From NCBI GenBank assembly GCA_965221325.1, contig OZ244880.1: a DNA stretch of 64,000 nt; one strand, written 5' to 3'. Within the stretch, counting starts at the first letter, position 1; every line of letters starts with the position of its first letter. Below are positions 41,660-49,992 of this stretch, one piece after another. The translations under genes and the position numbers were made by a program. The DNA comes from Candidatus Foliamicus sp. (GTDB lineage Bacteria > Pseudomonadota > Gammaproteobacteria > Steroidobacterales > Foliamicaceae). The notes under the pieces were generated by a model. It saw nothing but the letters and a program-made list of their open reading frames with translations, did no database searches and was not told where the DNA came from.

Positions 41660-42036
41660 CTATCCTCCGCTACGCACAGCCGATTTGCCAAGGAATGTCC
41701 AATTGACGCCGTCAGGCCCGCCACCATGCCGCCGCTTTCAAAATGGCAGAAGCACCCCTTCTCTCGGGCGGCATACCAGACTTGATCGGGAGGGTAACAT
41801 GTCCATTATTTTGCTTCGTTCCTCGTCATTTCTCGCTTGGATTATCTAAAGCTTGATGTAACGCCATCCGCCGAGCGCATGAGGGCACAAAAACTGTCTG
41901 CTATTATTGATTTCTGACAATCAATGCTTCGGGGCGGCCCTCGCCGGGCTGCCCGCCGAATGCAAAAGCCCGGTATTGATGGCGGCGGCTGATCCCCGCT
42001 GCCTGGCGAATAGGCGGGGCTTCGTAAACCCTCGAA

Positions 42037-42085
42037 GTGTTGATTGTCATGGCCCGGCATCTTGCCGGCAAAAGACAATCAACAC
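42037..42085. promoter_or_regulatory. nested palindrome/hairpin 22 nt upstream of orphan gene 42108
   Basis: gtgttgattgtc (42037-42048) pairs with gacaatcaacac (42074-42085), a 12-bp perfect repeat, with an inner ccggca-tct-tgccgg stem. A related ATTGAT-N8-ATCAAT palindrome lies at 41906-41925. Confidence 0.35.
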
Positions 42086-42107
42086 GGGCGCAAGTCGAGA
42101 GGGCAAT

Positions 42108-42608
42108 ATGAAGAAAATCAAGAAGAATCGCTATGGGAAAGCGCTTTTCGCCATGGCAGTTTTGGGAATGGCTGCACTGGCGTTTCCAGAAGAGTCACAT
42201 GCTTACGGTCAAGGAGTAGCCGATTGGCTCGCGGAACGTACCGGATATAACGGCTACCGGGGGCAAAATTGTCAAGGATATCCGATAGTAACTCTTGGTA
42301 GTGCCAGGGAGGTGTACAGCCGGGTCGGTGCCTTCGGCAGTTACCGGCTCGGTAGTTACGGCGAGTGTCAAAACGATGTGTTATTTCTAAAAAAGGAAGC
42401 CTATAGGGAGTGGCAAGCTTGCAATCGCCACGTTAGAGCGGCCACGTTTATTGGGTTAGCGGGTGCGGCTATCCCCGCCGTAGTGGCTGCCGGCCCCGCT
42501 ACCACCGCCGCCGCCGCAGCCGCGAGAACTGTTATTATGACAGGATCGTACCGAGGTTTTGCCATCACAATGGCTACGTATGCCTCTGCAGAGGCTGTAA
42601 CGCGGTGA
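42108..42608 (+). CDS. hypothetical secreted/membrane-anchored protein (orphan, AT-richer)
   Basis: GAGAGGG SD then ATG 42108. Signal peptide MKKIKKNRYGKALFAMAVLGMAALA, Gly/Tyr-rich mature region with 3 Cys, and an Ala-rich hydrophobic C-terminal segment. No family recognised. Confidence 0.5.
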   Translation: MKKIKKNRYGKALFAMAVLGMAALAFPEESHAYGQGVADWLAERTGYNGYRGQNCQGYPIVTLGSAREVYSRVGAFGSYRLGSYGECQNDVLFLKKEAYREWQACNRHVRAATFIGLAGAAIPAVVAAGPATTAAAAAARTVIMTGSYRGFAITMATYASAEAVTR

Positions 42609-42889
42609 TCGCTACTCGACAGTATGGTACGAGGGATATGTGGGAGAATGCCATGAACACTACTTCCAAATTGATATCAGGTCTGGTGTTGACCATGTGG
42701 TTGTGGGTTCCCTTGCTGAATACCATTAGGTGGGCGCTTGCGCGTATGGAAGACCCGATGGCCAACTGGGTTCCCGACGATTACTTCATCTTGCTGGCTT
42801 TAGTGGGCCTGTCTGTCGCCGGATGTTGTTGGGTAGCATTGAGCCATCTGCTACACACGGACACAGGATCCGGCACACGGAGCGAGTAG
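42605..42889 (+). CDS. hypothetical two-TM small membrane protein (orphan)
   Basis: GTG 42605 overlaps the upstream stop (GTGA); internal ATGs are alternative starts. Two hydrophobic helices (LISGLVLTMWLWVPLL, FILLALVGLSVAGCCWVAL). Confidence 0.4.
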   Translation: MIATRQYGTRDMWENAMNTTSKLISGLVLTMWLWVPLLNTIRWALARMEDPMANWVPDDYFILLALVGLSVAGCCWVALSHLLHTDTGSGTRSE

Positions 42890-43014
42890 GTCGCCAGAAC
42901 CAATTCTCGCGCCGCCCGCCGTTCGGGCGGCGCGGTCCTTGCGGGCTGGGTGGAGACTATTGTTCTCCAGATAGCCTAAAGCGCTTCATTTCCGGAAATC
43001 ATGCGAGGCAGGAA

Positions 43015-43995
43015 GTGACCAGAAGCGCAGGCGCCGCCGAAGTAACCGACTACATACTCCGCATCACCCGTGAGATCTGGGAGGATGGCAACCCCGACAA
43101 GGTGCTGCGCTACTACGCCCCGGAAGCGCGGATTCATGCCTTGGGCGGAATCATGCGCGGCGCGGCGGAAGTGACCGCCAATACACGCGCCATGCAAGCC
43201 GCTTTCCCCGACCGGTTGGTTATTGGCGAAGAAGTCGTGTGCAGTCCGCTGGACGGAGGTACATGGCTGTCCTCGCACCGCATCCGCAGCCCGATGACCA
43301 GCCTCGGCGCGAATGCGTACGGGCCGGCCACGGGCGGGCGGCTCACCACGCATGTTTTCGCCGATTGCGTGGTGCGCGACGGGATGATCCACAAGGAATG
43401 GCTGACACGGGACAACCTCGACCTGGTGCGGCAGCTCGACCTGGACCCGCTCGCGGTAGCGCGGCGGGAGGCCGTCAAAACTCACCCGGATGAACACCTG
43501 GAGTGGCTTGCCGGCGAAAGACGGCGGGTAATCGCCGGCCCGAAAATCAAAGCGCGCCACGACGCTCCCGCTCTGCAAGCTGACCCCACCAAATATGCCG
43601 AAGCGGTTCTCTCCGGAACCTTGCAGGACGTTTCCGCCGTTCCCGCCGCAGTGTATGCGCCCTACGCCGTCTTGAGCGACTCGCGAACAGACATTGGCGG
43701 CAGGCAAGCGATACTGGCGCACTACGCCGCACTGCGGCAAGCGTTGCGCGTGTTGCGTTTAAGCGTCGATCACGCCGCAGTCGAAGCGCGCGGCGCCGAT
43801 GGGTTCACGCTGGCGGCGCGCTGGACGGCGGCAGCCGAGCATTGCGGTACATTCGAGCGCCTGCCGGCAAGCGGTGCGCCGCTGTTCGTGATGGGTATAA
43901 CGCACTGGTGGCTTACGGGTTCCCGCATAGCGCGCGAGTGGACAGTATTCGACCGGCTGTCGCTGATGGAGCAAATCCTGCGCCATGGCGGTTAA
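43015..43995 (+). CDS. double SnoaL-like/NTF2-fold (predicted ester cyclase type) protein, group A
   Basis: Paralogue of 48699-49892: YILRITREIWEDG, AFPDRL, GPATGGRL...KEW, and a second half ending GITHWWLTGSRIAREWTVFD. GTG 43015 is the only canonical start after the upstream gene; start uncertain. Confidence 0.7.
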   Translation: MTRSAGAAEVTDYILRITREIWEDGNPDKVLRYYAPEARIHALGGIMRGAAEVTANTRAMQAAFPDRLVIGEEVVCSPLDGGTWLSSHRIRSPMTSLGANAYGPATGGRLTTHVFADCVVRDGMIHKEWLTRDNLDLVRQLDLDPLAVARREAVKTHPDEHLEWLAGERRRVIAGPKIKARHDAPALQADPTKYAEAVLSGTLQDVSAVPAAVYAPYAVLSDSRTDIGGRQAILAHYAALRQALRVLRLSVDHAAVEARGADGFTLAARWTAAAEHCGTFERLPASGAPLFVMGITHWWLTGSRIAREWTVFDRLSLMEQILRHGG

Positions 43996-44078
43996 GCGTT
44001 TGCGCTTTCCGGTTGCCGGAAACTGATGCGAAAGGTGAGTTGGCTTCGGCCAGGCGATATATACAAACGGAGGTTTCG

Positions 44079-45050
44079 ATGCGCGGATTCAAAGTTGACA
44101 CGTTCGGCGGCACCGACGTTATGCAGTGGCGCGAACTCGGCGCCTTGCAGCCGGGGCCAAGGCAAGTGCTTGTGCATGTGAAGGCATCCGGGGTGAATTT
44201 CGCGGAAACCCGAATGCGCGCCGGAACCTACTCGGGACAGGAACTGCCTTTCATCATGGGAATGGAAGGCGCCGGTGTAGTTGCCGAATGCGGTGAGCAA
44301 GTTACGGAATTCAATCCCGGCGACCGGGTATTCGGCCGCGCCCGGGGGTCGCACGCGGAGGCGGTCCTGTTCGACGCCGATCACCTCATGCCATTGCCGC
44401 AAAACTTGTCGTTCGTGGAGGGGGCCGCAATCCCGGTGAGCTGGCTCACCGCATGGCACGCGCTGGACGCGGTGGCCGGGATTCGGGAAGGGCAGCGGGT
44501 GCTCATAGAAGCCGTTGCCTCCGGGGTAGGAAGCGCGGCGTTGCAGATTGCGAAATGGGCCGGCTGCTGGGTGGCAGGCACTGCCAGCCGCGACCCCAAG
44601 CTGGAAATCGCTCGTCAATGGGGCGCCGACGCGGTCTACAACTACAAGCGCGACAACATTCCGGTGCGGGTCGGGCGTGACACCGATGGCCGCGGCGTGG
44701 ACATCGGTCTGATGACGATAGGCGAGGAAACAGCGGAGGCGCTGCTGGACGCCATGGGGATGGACGGCAAGATAGTCATGTACGGCAGCACCGGCGGGCG
44801 TCAGGTCTGCTTCAATCTGAATATCGGGGTGAGAAACCTGGCGCTGCTTAGCATGAGCATCTCCACCAGCGAGCGTTTCCTGAGCTACACCATGCCCCGC
44901 TTTCGTGAAGTGGCTCTGCCCTTGTTCGCGAGCGGCGTCTTCAAGGCCCCGGTCGGGACGGTGCTGCCGTTGCAGGAACTAGCGAGAGCCCATCAACTCA
45001 TCGACGAGCGCAACCATTTCGGCAAGATCGTTCTCACGGTGGACGGTTAG
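44079..45050 (+). CDS. NADPH:quinone oxidoreductase / zinc-type alcohol dehydrogenase family
   Basis: GGAGG then ATG 44079. MRGFKVDTFGG...VLVHVKASGVNFAETRMRAGTY, and cofactor loop AVASGVGSAALQIAK. MDR superfamily. Confidence 0.88.
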   Translation: MRGFKVDTFGGTDVMQWRELGALQPGPRQVLVHVKASGVNFAETRMRAGTYSGQELPFIMGMEGAGVVAECGEQVTEFNPGDRVFGRARGSHAEAVLFDADHLMPLPQNLSFVEGAAIPVSWLTAWHALDAVAGIREGQRVLIEAVASGVGSAALQIAKWAGCWVAGTASRDPKLEIARQWGADAVYNYKRDNIPVRVGRDTDGRGVDIGLMTIGEETAEALLDAMGMDGKIVMYGSTGGRQVCFNLNIGVRNLALLSMSISTSERFLSYTMPRFREVALPLFASGVFKAPVGTVLPLQELARAHQLIDERNHFGKIVLTVDG

Positions 45051-45152
45051 CCGGGAGCGCTGAACCCGTGAGTTGCATTATTCCGAGTTAGTGCCAGTGA
45101 AGCGTATGCGGCGGCGCCGCATCGCATCCGCCGGCCCCATGAGAGACCGCGC

Positions 45153-46304
45153 TCAGACGGCGGGCCAAAGGCGTTTGCTGGCAATGGCGGCGCCGGCGGC
45201 CATGGCAGCCAGCTTTGCATAGGCGATGTCCGGGTCCACCGCGCCAAAGCCCGCGAAGGTCGAGAATCCGCAGTCCGTGCCGGCCATTACCCGTTCGCGT
45301 CCGACGATATCGGCAAAGCGACAGATGCGCTCGGCCACCAATTCGGGATGCTCGACAAAATTGGTGGTGGAATCGAGCACCCCGGGAACCAGGATTTTGT
45401 CGCCAGGCAGATCGGCCTCGGCGAACACGCGCCATTCGTGGGCATGGCGCGGATTGGAGGCCTCGAACAAAAGCGCCTGAGGCTTTGCCTTGAGCGCAAT
45501 CGGCAGCACCATTTCCATGGGCGCGTCGTGGTGATGCGGACCTTCGTAGTTTCCCCAGCACACGTGCAACCGCATCCGTTCAGCGGGCAGGTTCCGCAAA
45601 GCATGGTTCAGCGCTTCCACGTGCAGTTCGGCCTGGCGCACATACACATCGTCCGGCTGGCCCTTGAACATCATGTGGCGTCCCAGCCCAAGATCGGGCG
45701 AGTCGAGCTGCAGCAGGAAACCCGCGGCAACGATGGCCTCGTATTCCGGACGCATGGCGTCGGCCAGAGCGTATAGGTAAGCCTCGTGGTTCGGGTAGTG
45801 CCGGTTTGGCTGAAACAGGGCGATGACGCCCGGAGAGGCCGAGTTCATGAACGCGCCCGCGGGGCGGTGACGATCGATGGCGGCGCGGAAGTTGGCGAGA
45901 TCCTGTCGCAGCGGGTCCATGTCCTTGACGCGAATCTCGCCTACGCATTCGGGGCGCCGGTAGCTGGGCGTCCCACCGCTGGCGGCCTGGCGCTGTAGAA
46001 AACCGGGAAATTCCTCAAGGTCGGCGGGTGGGCGCCTGGGACTGTCGCCGGCAAAGCCCGTAATGCGGTCCTTGATGTAGGTAGCGTAGCTGATCTTGCT
46101 CATTTCGCCGTCGGAAACGACATCCACGCCGGCTTCGCACTGGCGCGCCACCACGCTGTCCACCGCTTCGGACAAAAGGGCGTGGCGCGCCGACGGCTCC
46201 ATCCGCTCGCCTTTTTCTTCGCCGAACACCATATCGGTTACTGCCTCGGAGCGAGGCAGGCTGCCTACATGCGTGGTGAGAATGCGTTCCGTGGAGTGCG
46301 GCAT
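45153..46304 (-). CDS. cobalamin-independent methionine synthase (MetE C-terminal)-like Zn protein
   Basis: From ATG 46304: MPHSTERILTTHVGSLPRS. Putative zinc-ligand positions LHVCWGN (His-x-Cys) and AGTDCGF (Cys). About 383 aa, as in the MetE-like II family. Confidence 0.8.
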   Translation of the reverse strand: MPHSTERILTTHVGSLPRSEAVTDMVFGEEKGERMEPSARHALLSEAVDSVVARQCEAGVDVVSDGEMSKISYATYIKDRITGFAGDSPRRPPADLEEFPGFLQRQAASGGTPSYRRPECVGEIRVKDMDPLRQDLANFRAAIDRHRPAGAFMNSASPGVIALFQPNRHYPNHEAYLYALADAMRPEYEAIVAAGFLLQLDSPDLGLGRHMMFKGQPDDVYVRQAELHVEALNHALRNLPAERMRLHVCWGNYEGPHHHDAPMEMVLPIALKAKPQALLFEASNPRHAHEWRVFAEADLPGDKILVPGVLDSTTNFVEHPELVAERICRFADIVGRERVMAGTDCGFSTFAGFGAVDPDIAYAKLAAMAAGAAIASKRLWPAV

Positions 46305-46338
46305 GTTTGGGTCTCCGCGCGAGCCGGGGGTTCGCAGT

Positions 46339-47619
46339 TTAGTCCTGGCCGGCGTAGCGGCGCAGGCGGATGTCGGCCTGTTCCTTGTGTCCGGCAAACC
46401 CCTCCAGCGCGCACAAACGCGAACAGTACTCGCCGATTTCCACGGAAGCCTGCTCGGTAATGCGCTGGTAGGTGCAGGTCTTGATGAACTTGCCCACCCA
46501 CAGCCCGCCGGTATAGCGCGAGGCACGGCGCGTGGGCAAGGTATGGTTGGTGCCGATTACCTTGTCACCATAGGACACATTGGTTTCCGGCCCCAGGAAC
46601 AGAGCGCCGTAGTTGCGCAAGTTGTCGAGAAAATACTGCGGGTCGCGGGTCATGACCTGCACGTGCTCGGAGCCTATCTCGTCGGCCTTGGCCAACATTT
46701 CCTCGTAGTCACTGCACAAGATGACCTGGCCGTAGTCGCGCCAGGCGCGCCCCGCAATATCCGCCGTGGGCAGAACGCCGAGCTGGCGTTCGACTTCCGT
46801 CATGGTGGCTTGCGCCAGCTCCTCGGAATTCGTAAGCAGAATTGCCGGCGAATCGGGGCCGTGCTCGGCCTGTCCGAGCAGGTCCGCCGCGCATAATTCA
46901 CCGTCCACGGAATCGTCCGCGATCACCAGCGTTTCCGTGGGTCCGGCCAATAGATCAATGCCCACGCGCCCGAACAATTGCCGCTTGGCCTCGGCCACGA
47001 AAGCATTGCCCGGCCCCACGATCATGTCCACCGCGGGTATCGCTGCGGTTCCCAGCGCCATGGCGCCAATGGCTTGCACGCCGCCCAGGCAATAGATTTC
47101 ATCAGCGCCGGCCAAGTCCAGGGCCACCACCACCGCCGGGTTGGGCGCTCCTTGAAACGGCGGGGATGCCGCGGCCACGCGCTCGACCCCGGCGACTCGG
47201 GCGGTAACCACGCTCATGTGTGCGGAAGCCACCAGCGGATACTTGCCGCCCGGCACGTAACAGCCGACGCTCTCGACCGGAATGTTGCGGTGACCCAGCA
47301 CAACGCCTGGGCGTGTTTCCACCTCCACATCTGCGAGCGCCTCGCGCTGAATGCGGGCGAAGTTGCGAATTTGCTCCTGGGCGAAACGGATGTCGGCGAT
47401 GGCTTGCGGGTCGAGCCGTGCATGACAGCTATCGATCTCCTGCCGGCTCAGACGGAAGGAGTCCGGCGCCCAGTCGTCAAACTGGCGGGAATAGCGCCGC
47501 ACGGCATCGTCGCCATGCTCGCTGATAGCGTCGAGTATGGTTTCTACAGCCGACTGAACGCGCGCGTCGCGCTCGCTCTGCTGGTCGGCTTCCATGCCTT
47601 TTTTCAGATAGCGAATCAT
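46339..47619 (-). CDS. histidinol dehydrogenase-family (HisD-like) dehydrogenase
   Basis: MIRYLKKG N-terminus, [12 protein letters not shown] (HisD QAEHD-type motif). 426 aa. GAGAGGA lies upstream of ATG 47619. The context is catabolic, not a his operon. Confidence 0.85.
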   Translation of the reverse strand: MIRYLKKGMEADQQSERDARVQSAVETILDAISEHGDDAVRRYSRQFDDWAPDSFRLSRQEIDSCHARLDPQAIADIRFAQEQIRNFARIQREALADVEVETRPGVVLGHRNIPVESVGCYVPGGKYPLVASAHMSVVTARVAGVERVAAASPPFQGAPNPAVVVALDLAGADEIYCLGGVQAIGAMALGTAAIPAVDMIVGPGNAFVAEAKRQLFGRVGIDLLAGPTETLVIADDSVDGELCAADLLGQAEHGPDSPAILLTNSEELAQATMTEVERQLGVLPTADIAGRAWRDYGQVILCSDYEEMLAKADEIGSEHVQVMTRDPQYFLDNLRNYGALFLGPETNVSYGDKVIGTNHTLPTRRASRYTGGLWVGKFIKTCTYQRITEQASVEIGEYCSRLCALEGFAGHKEQADIRLRRYAGQD

Positions 47620-47629
47620 CTCGTCCTCT

Positions 47630-48655
47630 CTAGCCGCTGCCCGGCGGCGTGCGGCTGGCGCGCTGCAGTCGCAGACGCTCGAAAAGATCGTAGCCTAGCT
47701 GCAGGCAGTATTCGATGGTGTCGATCAACACCCAGTTTTCGCGCAGCAGATTGTCCTCGCGGCGCCAGAAGTCCATGACCCGCATGCCCACTTTACGGCC
47801 GGTTGGCGCCAGACCATAGAGAAGGCTGCCCGTGTGCGTGGCCGAAAGACTGTACCAGCCGGTGGAAGCCGCATAGCAGCCGTCGGCGAATCGTGCCACG
47901 TGGGTGCCGCCCTTGCGGTCCGGCAAGGCGTCCAGAAACGGCGTCTGGTGCCAATCCTTGAAACCACGGATGCCGCGGGTGGTTCCGATTCCGGCCGGCC
48001 CGTACCACATGAAGTCCGGGTGCCAGTGCAGGTGATGTCGCATTGTGTCGAGGTCCTGACCATCGTACTGATGCAGTCCTTCGAAGATCATGTCGTCCAC
48101 CAGCTTCAGCGTCGCTTGCGTCTGCGCCTGGTTCTGCTCCTCAAGCACTACGCCGTCGCGCGTGGCGGGGCCCGGCACGATACCGCCGTCAACGGCAATC
48201 GAGGGTGGCAGCAGGGAGACGCCGGCCTGGTGCATGAGGTCGAGCAGGTCGAGCAGCACGTAGCTGGCGGCAATCCGCCCTCGCTCCATGCGAACGAACT
48301 CGCCGTAGCGCAAGTAAGCAAGATTGCCGGTGGCGGGTATTCCCAGCCAGTCGGCGTCGAAGGTGCCTACGTAGTAGCCGGTAGTGCATATCCAGCGGGC
48401 GCCGTCGCAGGCGCCACCGAACAGCAGGTCAACGCGTCGCTCCAGGTCCGGGAAAGAGGCCATGAGCGGATGCAGGAAGCCCTTGAGGTAAGCATCGCGT
48501 CCATCGAGCAGGTTGATCGGATGCGGGCCTTGCCAGGCCGCTTCCGGGGTCATGCGCTGACCGAGTTCCCGTTCGTAGGCGCGCACGCCGTGCCTGCGCC
48601 AGGTCTCGATCAATTCATGCACGGCGCGCTTGTCGCCGCTCAAGCTAGTGCTCAT
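47630..48655 (-). CDS. double SnoaL-like/NTF2-fold protein, group B
   Basis: First half SFPDLERR...[18 protein letters not shown]...[12 protein letters not shown]. Second half ends [31 protein letters not shown]. Confidence 0.8.
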   Translation of the reverse strand: MSTSLSGDKRAVHELIETWRRHGVRAYERELGQRMTPEAAWQGPHPINLLDGRDAYLKGFLHPLMASFPDLERRVDLLFGGACDGARWICTTGYYVGTFDADWLGIPATGNLAYLRYGEFVRMERGRIAASYVLLDLLDLMHQAGVSLLPPSIAVDGGIVPGPATRDGVVLEEQNQAQTQATLKLVDDMIFEGLHQYDGQDLDTMRHHLHWHPDFMWYGPAGIGTTRGIRGFKDWHQTPFLDALPDRKGGTHVARFADGCYAASTGWYSLSATHTGSLLYGLAPTGRKVGMRVMDFWRREDNLLRENWVLIDTIEYCLQLGYDLFERLRLQRASRTPPGSG

Positions 48656-48698
48656 GCGTAGTCACGCTCCGTTTGCGGGTCAGTTCTGTGCCGGTAGA

Positions 48699-49892
48699 TT
48701 AGGGCCCTTCGTCTTCCAGCTCCGTCTGCTCCGCGGCGGGTGCGCCGAGCAATTGCATCATCACGTCAAGCTCGTTGAACAGCATCCACTCCTCCGTGAT
48801 GCGCCCATCCTCTATGCGATGCTGGGTGATTCCCCGAATGCGGACTTCGCGGCCGGTCGGCGGGCCGAACACCCCATGACCCCGATGAGCGCCGTAGGCA
48901 TTCCAGCGGGTTGACGCCAGGTAGCCTTCTTCGGGATTGCCCATCCAATAGACCTCGTCCACGTTGAGCGCCAGATCGGGAAACTGCGCCAATAGCGACA
49001 GTACGAACGCCTGGTACGGCCCCAGACCGCTGAACGAGCGATCCGTGGGGCCATTGAACTCGATATTGTCGGCATAGCGCCCTTGCAGTGTGCCCAGCAT
49101 GCGCCGGTTCCAGACGCACTGATACAAACTGCGAATAAAGTCCTCGACATCCAGTTCGCCCGCGATTGACGGCACGGACGGATAGGCGGGCTTGTCCTGA
49201 CCGCGTTGCCGGGCCGCTTCGGCAACGGTGTAGTCGTCGGGCAGCGCCGACGCGCCGCCCTCGGCCATCTGACGCGCCACGTCGCTCAACTCCAGACCCA
49301 TCTGGCGCAGCATGGCCGAGGTGTTGTAGAGCACATGCTCCAGGAAAATCTCGTTTTCCCGCGACACGCAATTGGCGATACACCAGAGCGAAACGCGCTT
49401 CCCCGTCGGCGGACCGTAGCGGCTGTAGCCGGTGTTGTCGCCCTGGATGATCGTGCGGTGCGAGGTATGAAACCCGACTTCCTCGTTGCCGGCCCAGATG
49501 ATTTCGTCGGCCACCAGGCGAATGTTGGGGAAGGCGTTGATCGTGTGCGTGGTGTCGGCGACGATCTTGTCGCGCCCGTATTGCAGGCCGTAGTCGTCAT
49601 AGACGCGGCTGTTGTGGGCGTAGGTGTCGTAGATGTAGCCGATGTCCTTTTCTTCCCAGATGCGGTGCGTGATGCGAACGATGTAATCGATGATGTTGCG
49701 GTATTGCGGTTCGAAACCGTGCATCGACTGGGCCGGCATGTCATCGCGCCCAGCGGCCAGAAAACGATCCGTGCCGCCCCGCGTGTATTGCGCCAGGGAA
49801 ATGGAATAATCGGCCGGCATGTGCGCTTTCGTGAGCCGCGGCAGTCCGGTTTCCGCGTCCTTAGTCTTCTGCAAAGCCTTCTCTTTCGGCAT
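48699..49892 (-). CDS. double SnoaL-like/NTF2-fold protein, group A
   Basis: YIVRITHRIWEEKD, AFPNIRL, GPPTGKRVSLWCI...EHV in the first half. QFPDLAL, GPPTGREVRIRGITQHRIEDGRITEEW in the second half. Confidence 0.8.
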   Translation of the reverse strand: MPKEKALQKTKDAETGLPRLTKAHMPADYSISLAQYTRGGTDRFLAAGRDDMPAQSMHGFEPQYRNIIDYIVRITHRIWEEKDIGYIYDTYAHNSRVYDDYGLQYGRDKIVADTTHTINAFPNIRLVADEIIWAGNEEVGFHTSHRTIIQGDNTGYSRYGPPTGKRVSLWCIANCVSRENEIFLEHVLYNTSAMLRQMGLELSDVARQMAEGGASALPDDYTVAEAARQRGQDKPAYPSVPSIAGELDVEDFIRSLYQCVWNRRMLGTLQGRYADNIEFNGPTDRSFSGLGPYQAFVLSLLAQFPDLALNVDEVYWMGNPEEGYLASTRWNAYGAHRGHGVFGPPTGREVRIRGITQHRIEDGRITEEWMLFNELDVMMQLLGAPAAEQTELEDEGP

Positions 49893-49931
49893 GTTTTGCT
49901 GGCCTGAGGCCGTAAATCAGGGCCGCTTATT

Positions 49932-49959
49932 TTGCATGTTTGCTGTCGGTGTGTATAGT
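49932..49959 (+). promoter_or_regulatory. candidate sigma70 promoter for TBDR 49993
   Basis: TTGCAT-N16-TATAGT, ending 34 nt upstream of ATG 49993, in the 100-bp divergent intergenic region. Confidence 0.35.
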
Positions 49960-49992
49960 AAGTCCCCTTTTTTGGACTCCCGGGAAAAACCT

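Noticed and set aside
41842-42078. 78-aa minus-strand ORF in the long non-coding region upstream of the orphan module.
   Set aside because: It has no SD and a Pro/Arg/Gly-rich composition, and it overlaps the palindromic elements, so it is probably not a gene.
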